The position numbers and the translations under genes were made by a program. From Podospora anserina (lineage: Eukaryota), in contig CM030338.1 of assembly GCA_017654855.1 (NCBI GenBank), positions 2,294,001 through 2,358,000 on the forward strand: 64,000 nucleotides of DNA. The letters are read 5' to 3'. Below the pieces are notes generated by a model. That model had not been told where the DNA came from, did not search any database, and saw only the letters and a list, made by a program, of their open reading frames with translations. Below are positions 38,523 through 50,045 of this stretch, piece after piece; positions within the stretch are counted from its first letter, which is position 1; every line of letters starts with the position of its first letter.

Positions 38523-38646
38523 AAAACGCCGTGTTGAGAATGGCGAAACCCGTTCCACCCCTCACCAGTAATGTATGCTAATATGCTGTTGAACCAACCC
38601 ATCCGGATTTTCCCCTTGCCCACAAAACGCCTTGTTGAGAATGGCG
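38523..38646. repeat. 23-bp direct repeat (38523-38545 and 38624-38646) downstream of MET6
   Basis: AAAACGCCGTGTTGAGAATGGCG versus AAAACGCCTTGTTGAGAATGGCG, one mismatch. Confidence 0.85.
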
Positions 38647-38799
38647 CTTTTCCATTGAGGTATCATCTAATCATCACCCAAATTTTTTTTGAACCCGTTA
38701 GAGACCCCCAAAATGCTAATGCTGTTGAAAAAAATCCGGAAAAAAGCATATTACACCATCAAAGCGATGGCGTGTACATGAAAAATATTAGGTAGGCGT

Positions 38800-41251
38800 T
38801 TAAGCCTTGTTGGCGTACTTCTCACGGAAGTACTTGGCAGCGTTGACCATGTGGGTGAGGGCACCCTTGACCTCGTCCCACTTGCGGGTCTTGAGACCGC
38901 AGTCGGGGTTGATCCAGAGCTGCTCGGGGCGGAGGAACTCGAGCATTTCCTCAATGCGCTGCTTGAACTCCTCCTCGGCGGGAACACGGGGGGAGTGGAT
39001 GTCGTAGACACCGGGGCCGATGTGGCGGGGGTAGGCCTCGTCAATGAAGACCTTGAGGAGCTTGGCATCCGACTTGGAGTTCTCAATGGAGAGGACATCG
39101 GCATCGAGGGCAGCGATGGCGTGGAAGAAGTCCTGGAACTCGGAGTAGCAGAAGTGAGAGTGGATCTGGGTAGAGTCCTCAACACCGGCGGTGGCGAGCT
39201 TGAAGCTGTTGACGGCCCACTCGAGGTAGGCGTCACGCTCAGAGCCCTTGCGGAGGGGAAGACCCTCACGGAGGGCAGGCTCATCGACCTGGATGACGTA
39301 GATGCCGTTGGCCTCGAGATCGACGACCTCGTCACGGAGGGCCAGAGCAAGCTGCTGGCACTGGACGGACTGGTGGACGTCGACACGGGGGAAAGACCAC
39401 CGCAAGCAGGTGACGGGGCCAGTAAGCATGCCCTTCATGGGCTTCTTGGAGATGGAGGCGGCATACTTGGACTCCTTGACGGTCATGGGAGCGGGGCGAG
39501 AGATGTCACCAACGATGATAGGGGGACGGACGCAACGAGAACCATAAGACTGAACCCAGGCGTGGGTGGTGAAGACGTAGCCGTTGAGGCGCTCACCGAA
39601 GTACTGGACCATGTCGTTGCGCTCGGGCTCACCGTGGACGTAGACATCGAGGTCAAGCTCGTCCTGGATGGAGACGGCGAGGTCGATCTCCTTCTTGATG
39701 AAGTTGTCGTACTCCTCGGCGGAGATCTCGCCCTTTGTGAACTTGTTGCGCTGGACGCGAATCTCGCTGGTCTGGGGGAAGGAACCAATGGTGGTGGTGG
39801 GGAAGAGGGGAAGGCTGAGGTGCTTCTTCTGCTGAGCATAGCGGGTGTCGAAACCGGACTTGCGGTTGTGCTGCTCAGGAGTGACGGCAGCCTGGCGCTC
39901 CTTGACCTTGGGGTCGTTGGTGCGGGTGGACTCGGCACGAGCCTTGATGGCGGCGGCGTTGGCATCCAGCTCAGCGCGGACAGCCTCGGGGTTGGTGACA
40001 GCCTTGGCAAGGATGGCAACCTCCTTGACCTTCTCGGAAGCGAAAGAGAACCACTCATAGACATCAGTGGGGAGCTTCTTCTCGCTGGCGAGGGTGTGGG
40101 GGGTGTGGAGGAGAGAGCTGGAGGTGGCAACGATGACACGGTCCTCGCCGAGGGCCTTGATGGCGGTCTGGAGGAGGTCGAGCGACTTGGCGAAGTCGTT
40201 CTTCCAGATGTTTCTGCCGTCAACGACACCGGCAGAGAGGATCTGAGAGGGGCCGAGCTGCTTGATCACAGGCTCGAGCTGCTCAGGGTTGCGGACAAGG
40301 TCGACGTGGATACCCTTGGCGGCAGAGAAAGCGGGGAGGACGTCAAAGTTGTGGACGATGTCACCGAAGTAGGTGGCAACGACGAGGGAGGGGATGGCAT
40401 CACCAGCAGCGGCGAAAGCCTCATAGGCGGGCTTGAAAGCAGCCTTGATCTCGGGGGCGAGATCGAAGACGAGGGTGGGCTCGTCAATCTGGACGGTCTC
40501 GGCACCGGCGGCCTTGAGGGCCTTCAGGAGCTCGACGTAGACGGGGACGAGCTTGTCAAGGAGAGAGATGGGGTTGACGGAAGAGCCACGGTCAGCCTTG
40601 CCGAGGGCAAGGAAAGAGACGGGGCCGACAAGGACGGGTCTGGTGATGATGCCAGCCTCCTTGGCCTCGAGGAACTCGCGGACGGGCTTGGGGTTCTCGG
40701 CAAGGGAGAAGGTCTGGTTGTCCTGGAGGGTAGGCTTGACGTAGTGGTAGTTGGAGTCAAACCACTTGACCATCTCGAGGGCGGGAACATCGACACCGCC
40801 CTTCTGGTGGCCACGACCCATGGCGAAGTACTCATCGAGAGGGGAGAGCTTCTGCTTGGTGTAGCGTTCGGGAACGGCCTGTTGTGGGAGAGGTGGGTCA
40901 GCAAAAAAAGCCCGAGAGCAATTGACCGAGAGAGAGAGAAGCTTACATTGAAGAACTGGATGTGGTCAAGGACGTGGTCGTAGTGAGCGAAGTCGTTGGA
41001 GGGGATGATGTCGACACCGGCATCCTTCTGGATCTTCCAGTGGGCGAGACGGAGTCTCTTGCCCTCCTCGAGGAGAGCCTCCTGGGAGATCTTGTCGGCC
41101 CAGTAAGCCTCGTTGGCCTTCTTGAGGTCACGAAGGACGCCCATACGGCTGTGGGAAAGATATCGAGTTAGCAACCTTATCAGTGCCCAAAGCCGTCAGA
41201 GGAAGGAGCAATTGGAGCTTACGGGAAACCCAGCACGGATGATTGAACCAT
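38800..41251 (-). CDS. MET6: Cobalamin-independent methionine synthase; three exons
   Basis: MVQSSVLGFP|RMG...KWFDSNYHY, PTTTIGSFPQT, HGEPERNDMVQYF, WVQSYGSRCVRPP, QIHSHFCYSEF and WINPDCGLKTR. Confidence 0.98.
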
Positions 41252-43080
41252 CTTGATGGCTGTGAGGTGTATCTGGGATTTGAAGAGGGAGATGGTGTTG
41301 TTGTTGGTTCACAGTGACCTGTTCCTTGAGCCTGGCTGGAGTGACAGACGCAAAGAGGGAGTGTGAAAAGTGGGATGAGGAGAGAAGGAGAGAAAGAAGG
41401 GTTGACTTGAGCGGGGGAAGAAAGAAATAAGTAGTGCCCAGAGGGGAATGGAACCGAACGAGTCGACCTGCAGGAGGGGGGGCAATTTTGAGTTACTCGG
41501 GCAGGGGCCAGCCTCAGCACTGGAGTGACTGGCAGTGTCAACGGGGCCGTAATCGGTGGGGGTTCCCACCGCTTGTTCGGAGCCCGACCGCCTTTGGATG
41601 GAGGATGGATGGACTGGAGACATCAAAGTGATGAGGTCCATGTCTCAGGTTCTTCTGCCCCTCCCGTTTCTTGCAGCATTGGCATCGCAGCTCAGGTTCT
41701 AGACTAGCTATCGAGAGCTCCCATAGAGAGCTTGCTTGCATGGGGATTGGGCACTGGGAGGTTCGGCACTCAGGTCTCGGGGCTCACTAATGGTGGGGCA
41801 GCAAGACGGAGGATGGAAAGCTTCAATCAACAATTCGGGGTCTTCGGGGCTTTGCTGTTAGGTAGGTTCGGAGTAGTCGTCACCACGGGACAGACAGCTT
41901 CAGGTCACTGAGTGACGGATCGACACCACCACACGGTAAGCTGGAGCTCAGGTACACTCCGTTTCTGTGTGACCTGGAGTACCCTGCTTGGGACCCCCGT
42001 TTACAAGTGAACGCTATCGATGGTGCAAATGATGTGACCCAAGGCCCGAGTCGACCGGGTTTTTCTCGCAGCCAGTCAATCTTTGACGCTCCGCGAACCG
42101 GGCTCCAGCAGAGCGGCCATATGCAGACTAGACCGATGTATTGTCACCGACAACGCTCCGGGTCGCGGGGTGTTTTAGTGAGGGGCAGAAAAAAAAAATA
42201 AGGTAGGTACGGAGTACAACCTTTGTGTTGGAGAGGTACTTAACCCACCGTTCCGTCCCCTCGGACGCCCCTGCCCTGGGCTCTTCAAAGGGATGGCATT
42301 CCTCCAGTCTTTCACGTCGAGAATGACACCGGCCAACAATACTATCCTAGACAATCGGAGGCGAGTGAATTGTTCAACAGCAAGACAAGAGTCGATCCCG
42401 GTTCAGTGACAGATGCGGGGCCGGAGTAAGCAGCTCAAAAAGCCAGGTTGACCCCCGCCCCCTCCACAATTTCGGTGCTGCAGGTGTGAGGTGAGGGGTG
42501 CCTCAGGCTGGTCAGAGCGTTGAAAAGCCAAAAATGCACCGAAAGTACGGAATGAGAAAAATGTCTCCGCCGGTTTTCTTGTCGATAACAGTTTGAACCC
42601 GATATGAGCATACCGCATTGGTGGATATGCATCACCTCGGTATTATGTATCTATCAGAGTTAATTACTTTGGTATGATGAACTCAGCCACACTCATGATG
42701 GAGCTTGGTCGTTCGAGTGACTTTCGACGCGCGTGGCTTGTACAGTGCAAGGCTTTGGCTCTTCGTCATCATCCCAACTGGAACTTGTCAAGTGCCAAAC
42801 CTCCATTGGCAGCTCCGCTTGCTCATTTCACAGAGCTAATCTCATTAATTACTGCTTTTGATTGATTGATCTTTCCTTGATACATATCTGTCTCTCTCTC
42901 CCTCTTTGCAACAATCGCAGCCAACTGGCGACGGCCTGTTGTTTTGCCCTGCGATTACCGTGTTACCCCTTTTCCATCTGTCGTAATCCCGCAGTCTCAT
43001 CGTCAACCTTGTCGCCGTCGTCGTATCCGTTCCCGTAGCCGCTCCCGATCGAACCGACGCGGTCATCGCTCGACGACATC

Positions 43081-46000
43081 ATGTACTCGAATCCCAACTC
43101 GTTCCTGGGCGGGAACAGCCAACGCCCAGGGCAACCGCAGTATGGCAATCAGTTTGGCGCAGGAGCTGGTCAACCACAACTGCAGCAGCCAGGTCCATTT
43201 GCTCCTCAACCGACTGGCTTCGGTCAACAGCCGGCCCTGCAGCAACAATACACTGGATATCCAGGCCTGCAGGCCCCTCAACCTACCGGCCAACTTCAGC
43301 CTCAGTTCACAGGCTTTGGTCAAGCTCCCCAGCAAAATGTTGGAGCAGCGGCACCCCCTATGCCGGCTATGCCTCAGCAGTTCCAGCAACAGTTTCAACA
43401 GCAACAGCAGCAGTTCCAGCAACAACCACAACAGACATCGAGCCCCTTCGGCGCCGCCCCGAGCCAGCAGCCTCCTGCTTCGGCTTTGGCCCCCCCCGCT
43501 CCCCCCATGAAGCCCCAGCCGACCGGCTTCCACGAGATGGCTGCCTCCTTCCAGACTGCTGGAGGCTCGAAATCGACAGCCAGTGCTCCGAGAAAGACCA
43601 ACAAGATTCCCAACATCCGCCTCTCATTCATCACCGCACAAGACCAAGCCAAGTTTGAGACGCTGTTCAAGTCTGCTGTGGGGGATGGACAGACCACCAT
43701 GACTGGCGAGAAGGCCAGGGATCTTCTCTTGCGTTCAAGGCTGGATGGAGACTCCCTGTCTCATATTTGGTGAGTCTGGTGCTTGCTGGCGCATATACGT
43801 ATCAAATCAATACTGACAGCTTGACTTAGGACGTTGGCTGATACCACGAGATCGGGACAATTGCATTTCCCCGAATTTGCTCTCGCCATGTATCTCTGCA
43901 ATCTCAAGCTTACCGGAAAGACTCTCCCCGAACACCTTCCTGAGAACATCAAGAACGAGGTGTCAAGTATGGTAGATATCATCAACTTCAGCGTTGCGGA
44001 GGAGGCTGCCAATGCCTCTGATTCGGGAATCAGGCAGAACACCGCCACTCCTCCTGTTATCCAGCACCCTCAGCCGCAGCCATCGAACTCTCAACTTCTC
44101 CAGGCGCAAATGACGGGATTTCCTAGTCAACAAACCGGATTTTTGGGTGCTCAGCCAACGGGGATGCCCCAGGCGACAGGTTATACTGGTCCCCGGCCGC
44201 CCATGCCTCCAATGCCCACCGGTTTTGGTTCGTCATTGACCCCGAACGCTGGTCCGGGCGGGATGGTTGCGCCTCTGAATGCCCAGCCTACTGGTATTCC
44301 TGGCCAGTGGGGTCTTGTGAATACGCCAGCAACGGGTCTCCCTCTCATTGACGCCCTCCAGGCTCGCATGATGCCCCAGCAAGGCCGTGAGCAGCAGACA
44401 TATACCACCGCCGGTCTGCAAGGAAACGCGGTCATTCCCTGGGCTATCACCAAAGACGAGAAGACCAGATACGATAGTCTTTTCCGTGCCTGGGACGGCC
44501 TTCACAAGGGCTACATCTCTGGTGATCAAGCGATTGAAATCTTGGGCCAGAGTGGTTTGGAGAAGCCCGATCTCGAACGTGTGTGGACATTGGCAGATAA
44601 TGGAAACAAGGGCCGCCTCGATATGGATGAATTTGCCGTGGCAATGCACTTGATTTATCGCAAACTGAACGGGTATCCTGTTCCCAACCAGTTGCCTCCC
44701 GAGCTTGTTCCTCCATCAACCAGGAACTTCAACCAGTCCATTGGTATGGTAAAGAACATGCTTCACCAAGAATCCGAGTATCGCAAAAATTCTGGCGCCG
44801 CCTTGCTGCCTCAGAAGACCGGTGTCAGTTACCTCAAAGGCCACTCCTTCAAGGGAGCCGGAGCTGGCTTTGGCAACCGCAAGGATGCCACGGTCTTCAA
44901 GAACAACGACGAAGAGGTGGGCTATCGTTCGAGCGCCCGACGTAGGGTTGGCAACAACTCGCCTCGTCCAGAGTCGCCAGCTTCCGTCAACTCTAGTGAG
45001 GAGCTCAGTATTGAGCAGCTCCGCAAGAAAATCAAGGAGAAGCAAGTCTTGCTCGATGCTATGGATTTTGCTGACGAGAAGCATGCGGAGGAGGATGACA
45101 TTCTTGACAGGCGTGACCGCCGCGAAGCTGACGAGCTTTACAGGCGCATCAGGAGAATTCAGGAGGATATCGATAACCACCCAGACGCTTCTCTCATCAG
45201 CGCTGACTCAGATGCTGAGAGGAGAGCATTGAAGCGCCAGCTGCAAAACCTGACTGACAAGATCCCAGATCTGGCGTCCCAGGTTAGGAAAACTGAGAAG
45301 GCGATTGCTGATGCTAGGCTGGAACTGTTCCGCCTCAGGGATGCCAAGGCTCACCCATCCAGCGCTGCGGCCATCATTGGCACTGGTCCGGGCGGTACCG
45401 TCACCGAATCTGACAGGCTCAAGGCTCGGGCCAAGGCTATGATGCAGCAGCGCACTGCAGCCCTTACAGGAAAGAAGATCGAAGTCAGCAACGACGATCT
45501 GGACGCCCCCAAGCGACTCGAGGAGGAGAGCATCAAGATCCGAACCGAGAAGGAGAACAATGAGCGGATGGTCCGCGATGTGGAAGACAGTGTTCGCGAG
45601 TTTGCCAAGGGCATTGAGGACAATATGAAAGAGGGTGCTCAGGATTCTACTACCGAGCATGAGAAGCGTCGCTGGGAAGATGGTCTGGGCGTGGAGGATG
45701 AGGTCAGGGATTTCATCTACGACCTCCAGCGATCTAGCCGTGCTGCTCGCATCAGATCACAGGACCGCCAGGGCGGGCGTCAACCTACCCAGGAACCCAC
45801 CAGGGCTGAGGCACCACCATCTGCTCGCTCTGTGAGCCCTGCAGTCTCTCGCACATCGACTCCAAGTGCCCCAGTTGCAGGCGGTGGCTCGTACTCTTCC
45901 TACAAGACTCCGGAGGAGCGGGCCGCTTTTATCAAGCAGCAGGCCGAGCAGCGCATGGCGGAGCGTCTCGCTGCCTTGGGCATTAAGGCTCCCACCAAGC

Positions 46001-47519
46001 CCGGCGAGACTGCGGCCCAGCGGATGGAGCGTGAGCGGGCTGAGCGAGCCGCCAAACTGCGACAGGCCGAGGAGGAAGATGCCCGTCGCGAGGCTGAGAG
46101 ACAAGCAAGAATTGCTGAGGAGACTGGGGCCCCCGCGCCAGCCGCCCAAGCCGCTGTTCCAAAGCCAGAGGGCAAGAAGCCACCTCCGCCCCCTAGCCGA
46201 AAGACCCCCAAGGTTGACGACAGGCGGGCCGAGGAGGAGGCCGCAGCGAGGAAGGCGGAGGAGGGACGTCTTGAGCGCGAGCGTGGCGAGCAGGAGCGTC
46301 AGACTCGGGAACTTGAGTAAGTGTTGAACCAGATTGGTTTGTTTACAATTCTTACTAACGCCATTCTAGGGAACGCGCAAAGGATCAGGAAGACGAGCTG
46401 GCCAAGGAGCGTGCCGAGGCCGATGCCCGTCTGAAAGCACTTGAAGAGCAAGTCCGCCAAGGCAAGCTCAAGAAGGAAGAGGAGAAGCGCAAGAAAAAGG
46501 CAGCGATGGCTGAGGCAAAGGAGCAAGAAGCCAAGCTTGCCCAGCGCCGTGCTGAGATTGAAGCCGCCCGCAAGCGGGAAGAAGAGCTTCGCAAGCAGCT
46601 TGAGGCTCTGGATGTCGAGGACAGCTCATCCGACGATGATGAAGGCCCTGAGCAGATTACCCCTCAGGCCTCGACACCTACCTTGGGCGGCAGCCAAGTG
46701 GGCGGTAGCCAGGAGCTCGAGCCTGCCCCGCCTACCCCGGTGCCGGCTCCCGTGCAGTCTCCTCCCCAGATTGTCACCTCTAGCCCTGCGGAGACGGAGA
46801 GCCGCAATCCCTATTTCAGAATGAGAGCACAGGCCGCCGAGACAACTCCGGCGCCGCCAGCACCCCCAGCTCCTGTTGCTCCCCCGCCGCCTCCACAGCC
46901 AGATGTTTCGACCAACCCCTTCCACCGCATGACACAGGCGGCCGCAGCCCCTGCTCCATCCGGCCCGGTCTCTAGGAAGCGTCCCGAAGATGACGGATGG
47001 GGATCCGACAAGGAGGACGACGACGAGGATTCGGATGACGACAGACCGGGACAGGGCGCTGCTCACCTCGCCTCGATCTTGTTCGGCACCATGGCGCCCC
47101 CTCGGCCGCTGTCGGCTACGGGCGACAAGTCTGCCGCTGCGTCTCCTCCGGTGACCTCACCTGTTGCTTCGCCTCCTCCGGCTATCCCTAGCCCTACTGC
47201 TGCGGGAGCCCCCCCGGCACCACCCCCGCCTCCGCCCATGCCCGGGATGGGTGCGCCGCCTCCGCCGCCACCTCCTCCCCCGATGCCCGGGTCTGGGGCA
47301 CCGGCTGCTCCTCCTCCGCCTCCACCTCCCGCTCCAGGTGGCGCGCCTCCCCCTCCCCCTCCTCCTCCTCCGCCGCCGGGAGGAGCGCCTGCGCCTGCTG
47401 CTCCTGCGGGTGGTAGGCCGGCGGCGTTCTTGGGGGAGATTCAAGCTGGAAGGGCTCTCAGGAAGACGCAGACCAAGGACAAGAGCGGGGCTGCTGTTGC
47501 GGGACGGGTGCTGGATTAA
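43081..47519 (+). CDS. PAN1: Actin cytoskeleton-regulatory/endocytic scaffold Pan1; three exons
   Basis: QxTG repeats, two EH domains ([36 protein letters not shown]), coiled coil, NPY/NPF motifs, polyproline and a C-terminal WH2 ([20 protein letters not shown]). Confidence 0.96.
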
Positions 47520-50014
47520 TGATGGGGGTTTCTTACAAGGGCTGTTACACCCGAGGTTTTTTTGCTTGCTGCGGCTGGAGGGAAAATGGTTTCTGGGGGT
47601 ATAGGGGGGAGGTTGGGGTTACTGTTGTGGCGAGTACCTAATATCGGGATTTGTGCATGTGTCTGTGGATGGTTGTGCGGCTACCACTCGGCCGGCATGT
47701 TGTGCGAGGGTGGTGGTCCAGCCATCATTTTTTTGTTTCTGAGGGGAGTACAACATGATGGGGTGGGGATGGGGGTGAGAGTGGGAAGGGTGGCGTGTAG
47801 TGAAGCTCTGGTATGGTAGGGGGGGGGAGGGGGGGAGTATATGGTGGGTCAGTTAGGTAGCTTTTTTCTTAGATTTTTGAGAATAAAAACTGTTTTTCTA
47901 TATTGGAGTTTTAGCAACCGTCATGGCCTTTTCAAAACAGGCAGAATTATGTGACAATGGTATATCAAATTATGGCCACATTTGTGGTTCCTTAGCTTTC
48001 ATTCCCGAGGGGCTCCGGGGGGGTTGGGTTGGGTTCAAGGGAAAGGGGAGCGATCGGAATTTTGTTGAGATGGATGATGGGTTGCCGAATTATGGGGTTA
48101 CGGGGGGGAAGAATGGAAGCTGGGTAACTACGAATATTGAAATGGAGAGGGCTGGGGAGTAAGTAAAATTGATGATGGTTCAAGAACGGATAAGGGAAGC
48201 TAGTTATCTGTATATCGAGCTGGCGGTTGCTTGTTCAGCTGAGGAAAGACATGGTTTGTCTGTGTTCAAGTGGTGTGTATGTTGTTGCTCAGGGATGATG
48301 AGACCAGGCATGGGGGCTGTTAGTTTCATGCGGACAGGATGCAGTGCTGAAGGTTTGAGTGAGATGGGGTTTGAGGTTGAGACATTAGATCTGCTTTGTG
48401 CGAGGTTGTTGCATTTGGGGGTGGTGGTTGACTGGTTGCTTCAACGGCATCCCAGTTTGGATCCCTTTTTTCGTCTCTGAAGGGAGGATGCCCCCCAGCT
48501 CAGTTGAGCCTCGCACCTGCCTGGCGCGAACCCTGAGGGTTTGCCTCACTAACTGGTGGATATTCACCTTATGGTTGACGGCAGATTCTGAGCACGATGA
48601 TATACAGATATCTTTCTCGGACGTCAAGGCTGCTGGGTGTCTGGTCAGTGATTCTGAAGACCATTGTCCTGTCTCTAGCTTCTTGAGCGCTTGGGAACTG
48701 GTACCCGCAGTGGGCTCTCGCCTATTAAATCAGGGGGAACTTGTGATTAATGGGCTGCAGTGCGGTGCGGTCGTGAGAGCTACGCTTCGTCGGACATGAT
48801 AGTGAGGCGGGCGGACTGTGGATATCTTCTCCTTCGTTGAGGCATACGAACTGGCAAATGGAAGAGGTTCTCGGTTTACCCGTGTCGCTTTTTTCGCCGT
48901 TTTGCGTGCTTGCCTGCCAGAGATAGATGGGCTTCATCTTCATCGGGTGGGACTTCATTGATGGCGGTTGCGGAAGTCCATTTTGGTGGATATTTCTCCT
49001 CGTCATCAGGCGAGTTGGCAAGTCCTTCGGCAACGAGTCTGTCCTCCTTTCTCCTCGGAGGGCATTTTTGTTGGCTCAAGGTCGGAAAGAGGTATCCGTA
49101 CTTACCTTGGGCTCTCTCTCCTTCATAAACCTAGATCATGGGGCTCATCAACGGTGGATCTCTGTTCCATGAGTTGGCAAACCTTGAGCAAATCACTTTC
49201 TCTCTTGCTCAGAAGATACTCCGCGATATCTCTGTCTAGACCTTTTGCTCTTCTCGTTTACCTCTCCTATCCCCAATGGATGGGAAACCACGGTTGTTGA
49301 TTACAGTAGACCATTATGGTGGATATCTCGACACTCTCCCATATTATAAGGCTTATTACTCGGTGGGACCTCCTCCCCTCCCTTTATGTGAGCTGGCAAG
49401 CTCCTGACAAATTACCTTTTCTTTCCCAAGAGACGTTTCCTGTCACTTGCATTTCTTGCGTGCTTCCTTCGTTGGGTCTCTTTGCCCCCATCTCACATGG
49501 ACCTCCTTCCTCCCCCCCTTTCAGTGTGTGTGAGCTGGCAACCTCCCAGCAAGTCAATCCCCTCCCCCTTTTTTTCGTTTTTTTTTTCGGTCAAACTCCC
49601 CCCTTTGATAGGTTAAATTGAGATAAATGTGGATATCGGGTCGTTGATTCGTAGGGCGTTGTCCTATCATGTCCTGAAGCCGTTGATTTGCAGCAACAAA
49701 GTTAAGGTAGGTCATGCACAAGCGAGAGAGAGAGAGTTGTGTCTTGTAAGGCAGACAGCCGTTTGGTGTAAAGATATCAAAAAAAATCCAGAAGGTTGGG
49801 AAGGGAGGGAGTGTTGGGCAAAGGGGTGTGTGGGTGTGTGGGGTGGCGGCGGCTCAAGAAGTTAGGTGCCAATTGCGTTACTTCGTTTCTTTGCTGGTGT
49901 GCTGATTGTCTTTGCATACACATGGGCTTTCTTACATGAAAGTTGAGCTTGAGGGGGAGTGGTTTATTGGTTGGATGGGTGAGCGAGCGGGAAGGATTTA
50001 CTTGCCCTGTCGAG

Positions 50015-50015
<1 letters not shown>

Positions 50016-50045
<30 letters not shown>
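50016..50045. repeat. (GAT)10 microsatellite
   Basis: Read directly from the sequence. Confidence 0.9.

Noticed and set aside
38851-40983. 710-aa plus-strand ORF antisense to MET6 (similarly 13936-15006, 16209-17063 and 23850-25319 opposite ADO1, RPL2 and eRF1)
   Set aside because: Shadow ORFs caused by strong codon bias of highly expressed genes; they are in codon register with the real genes and show no independent motifs.
48725-49200. Short ORFs with a GTAAGT donor-like site
   Set aside because: No consistent spliced frame or recognisable domain.
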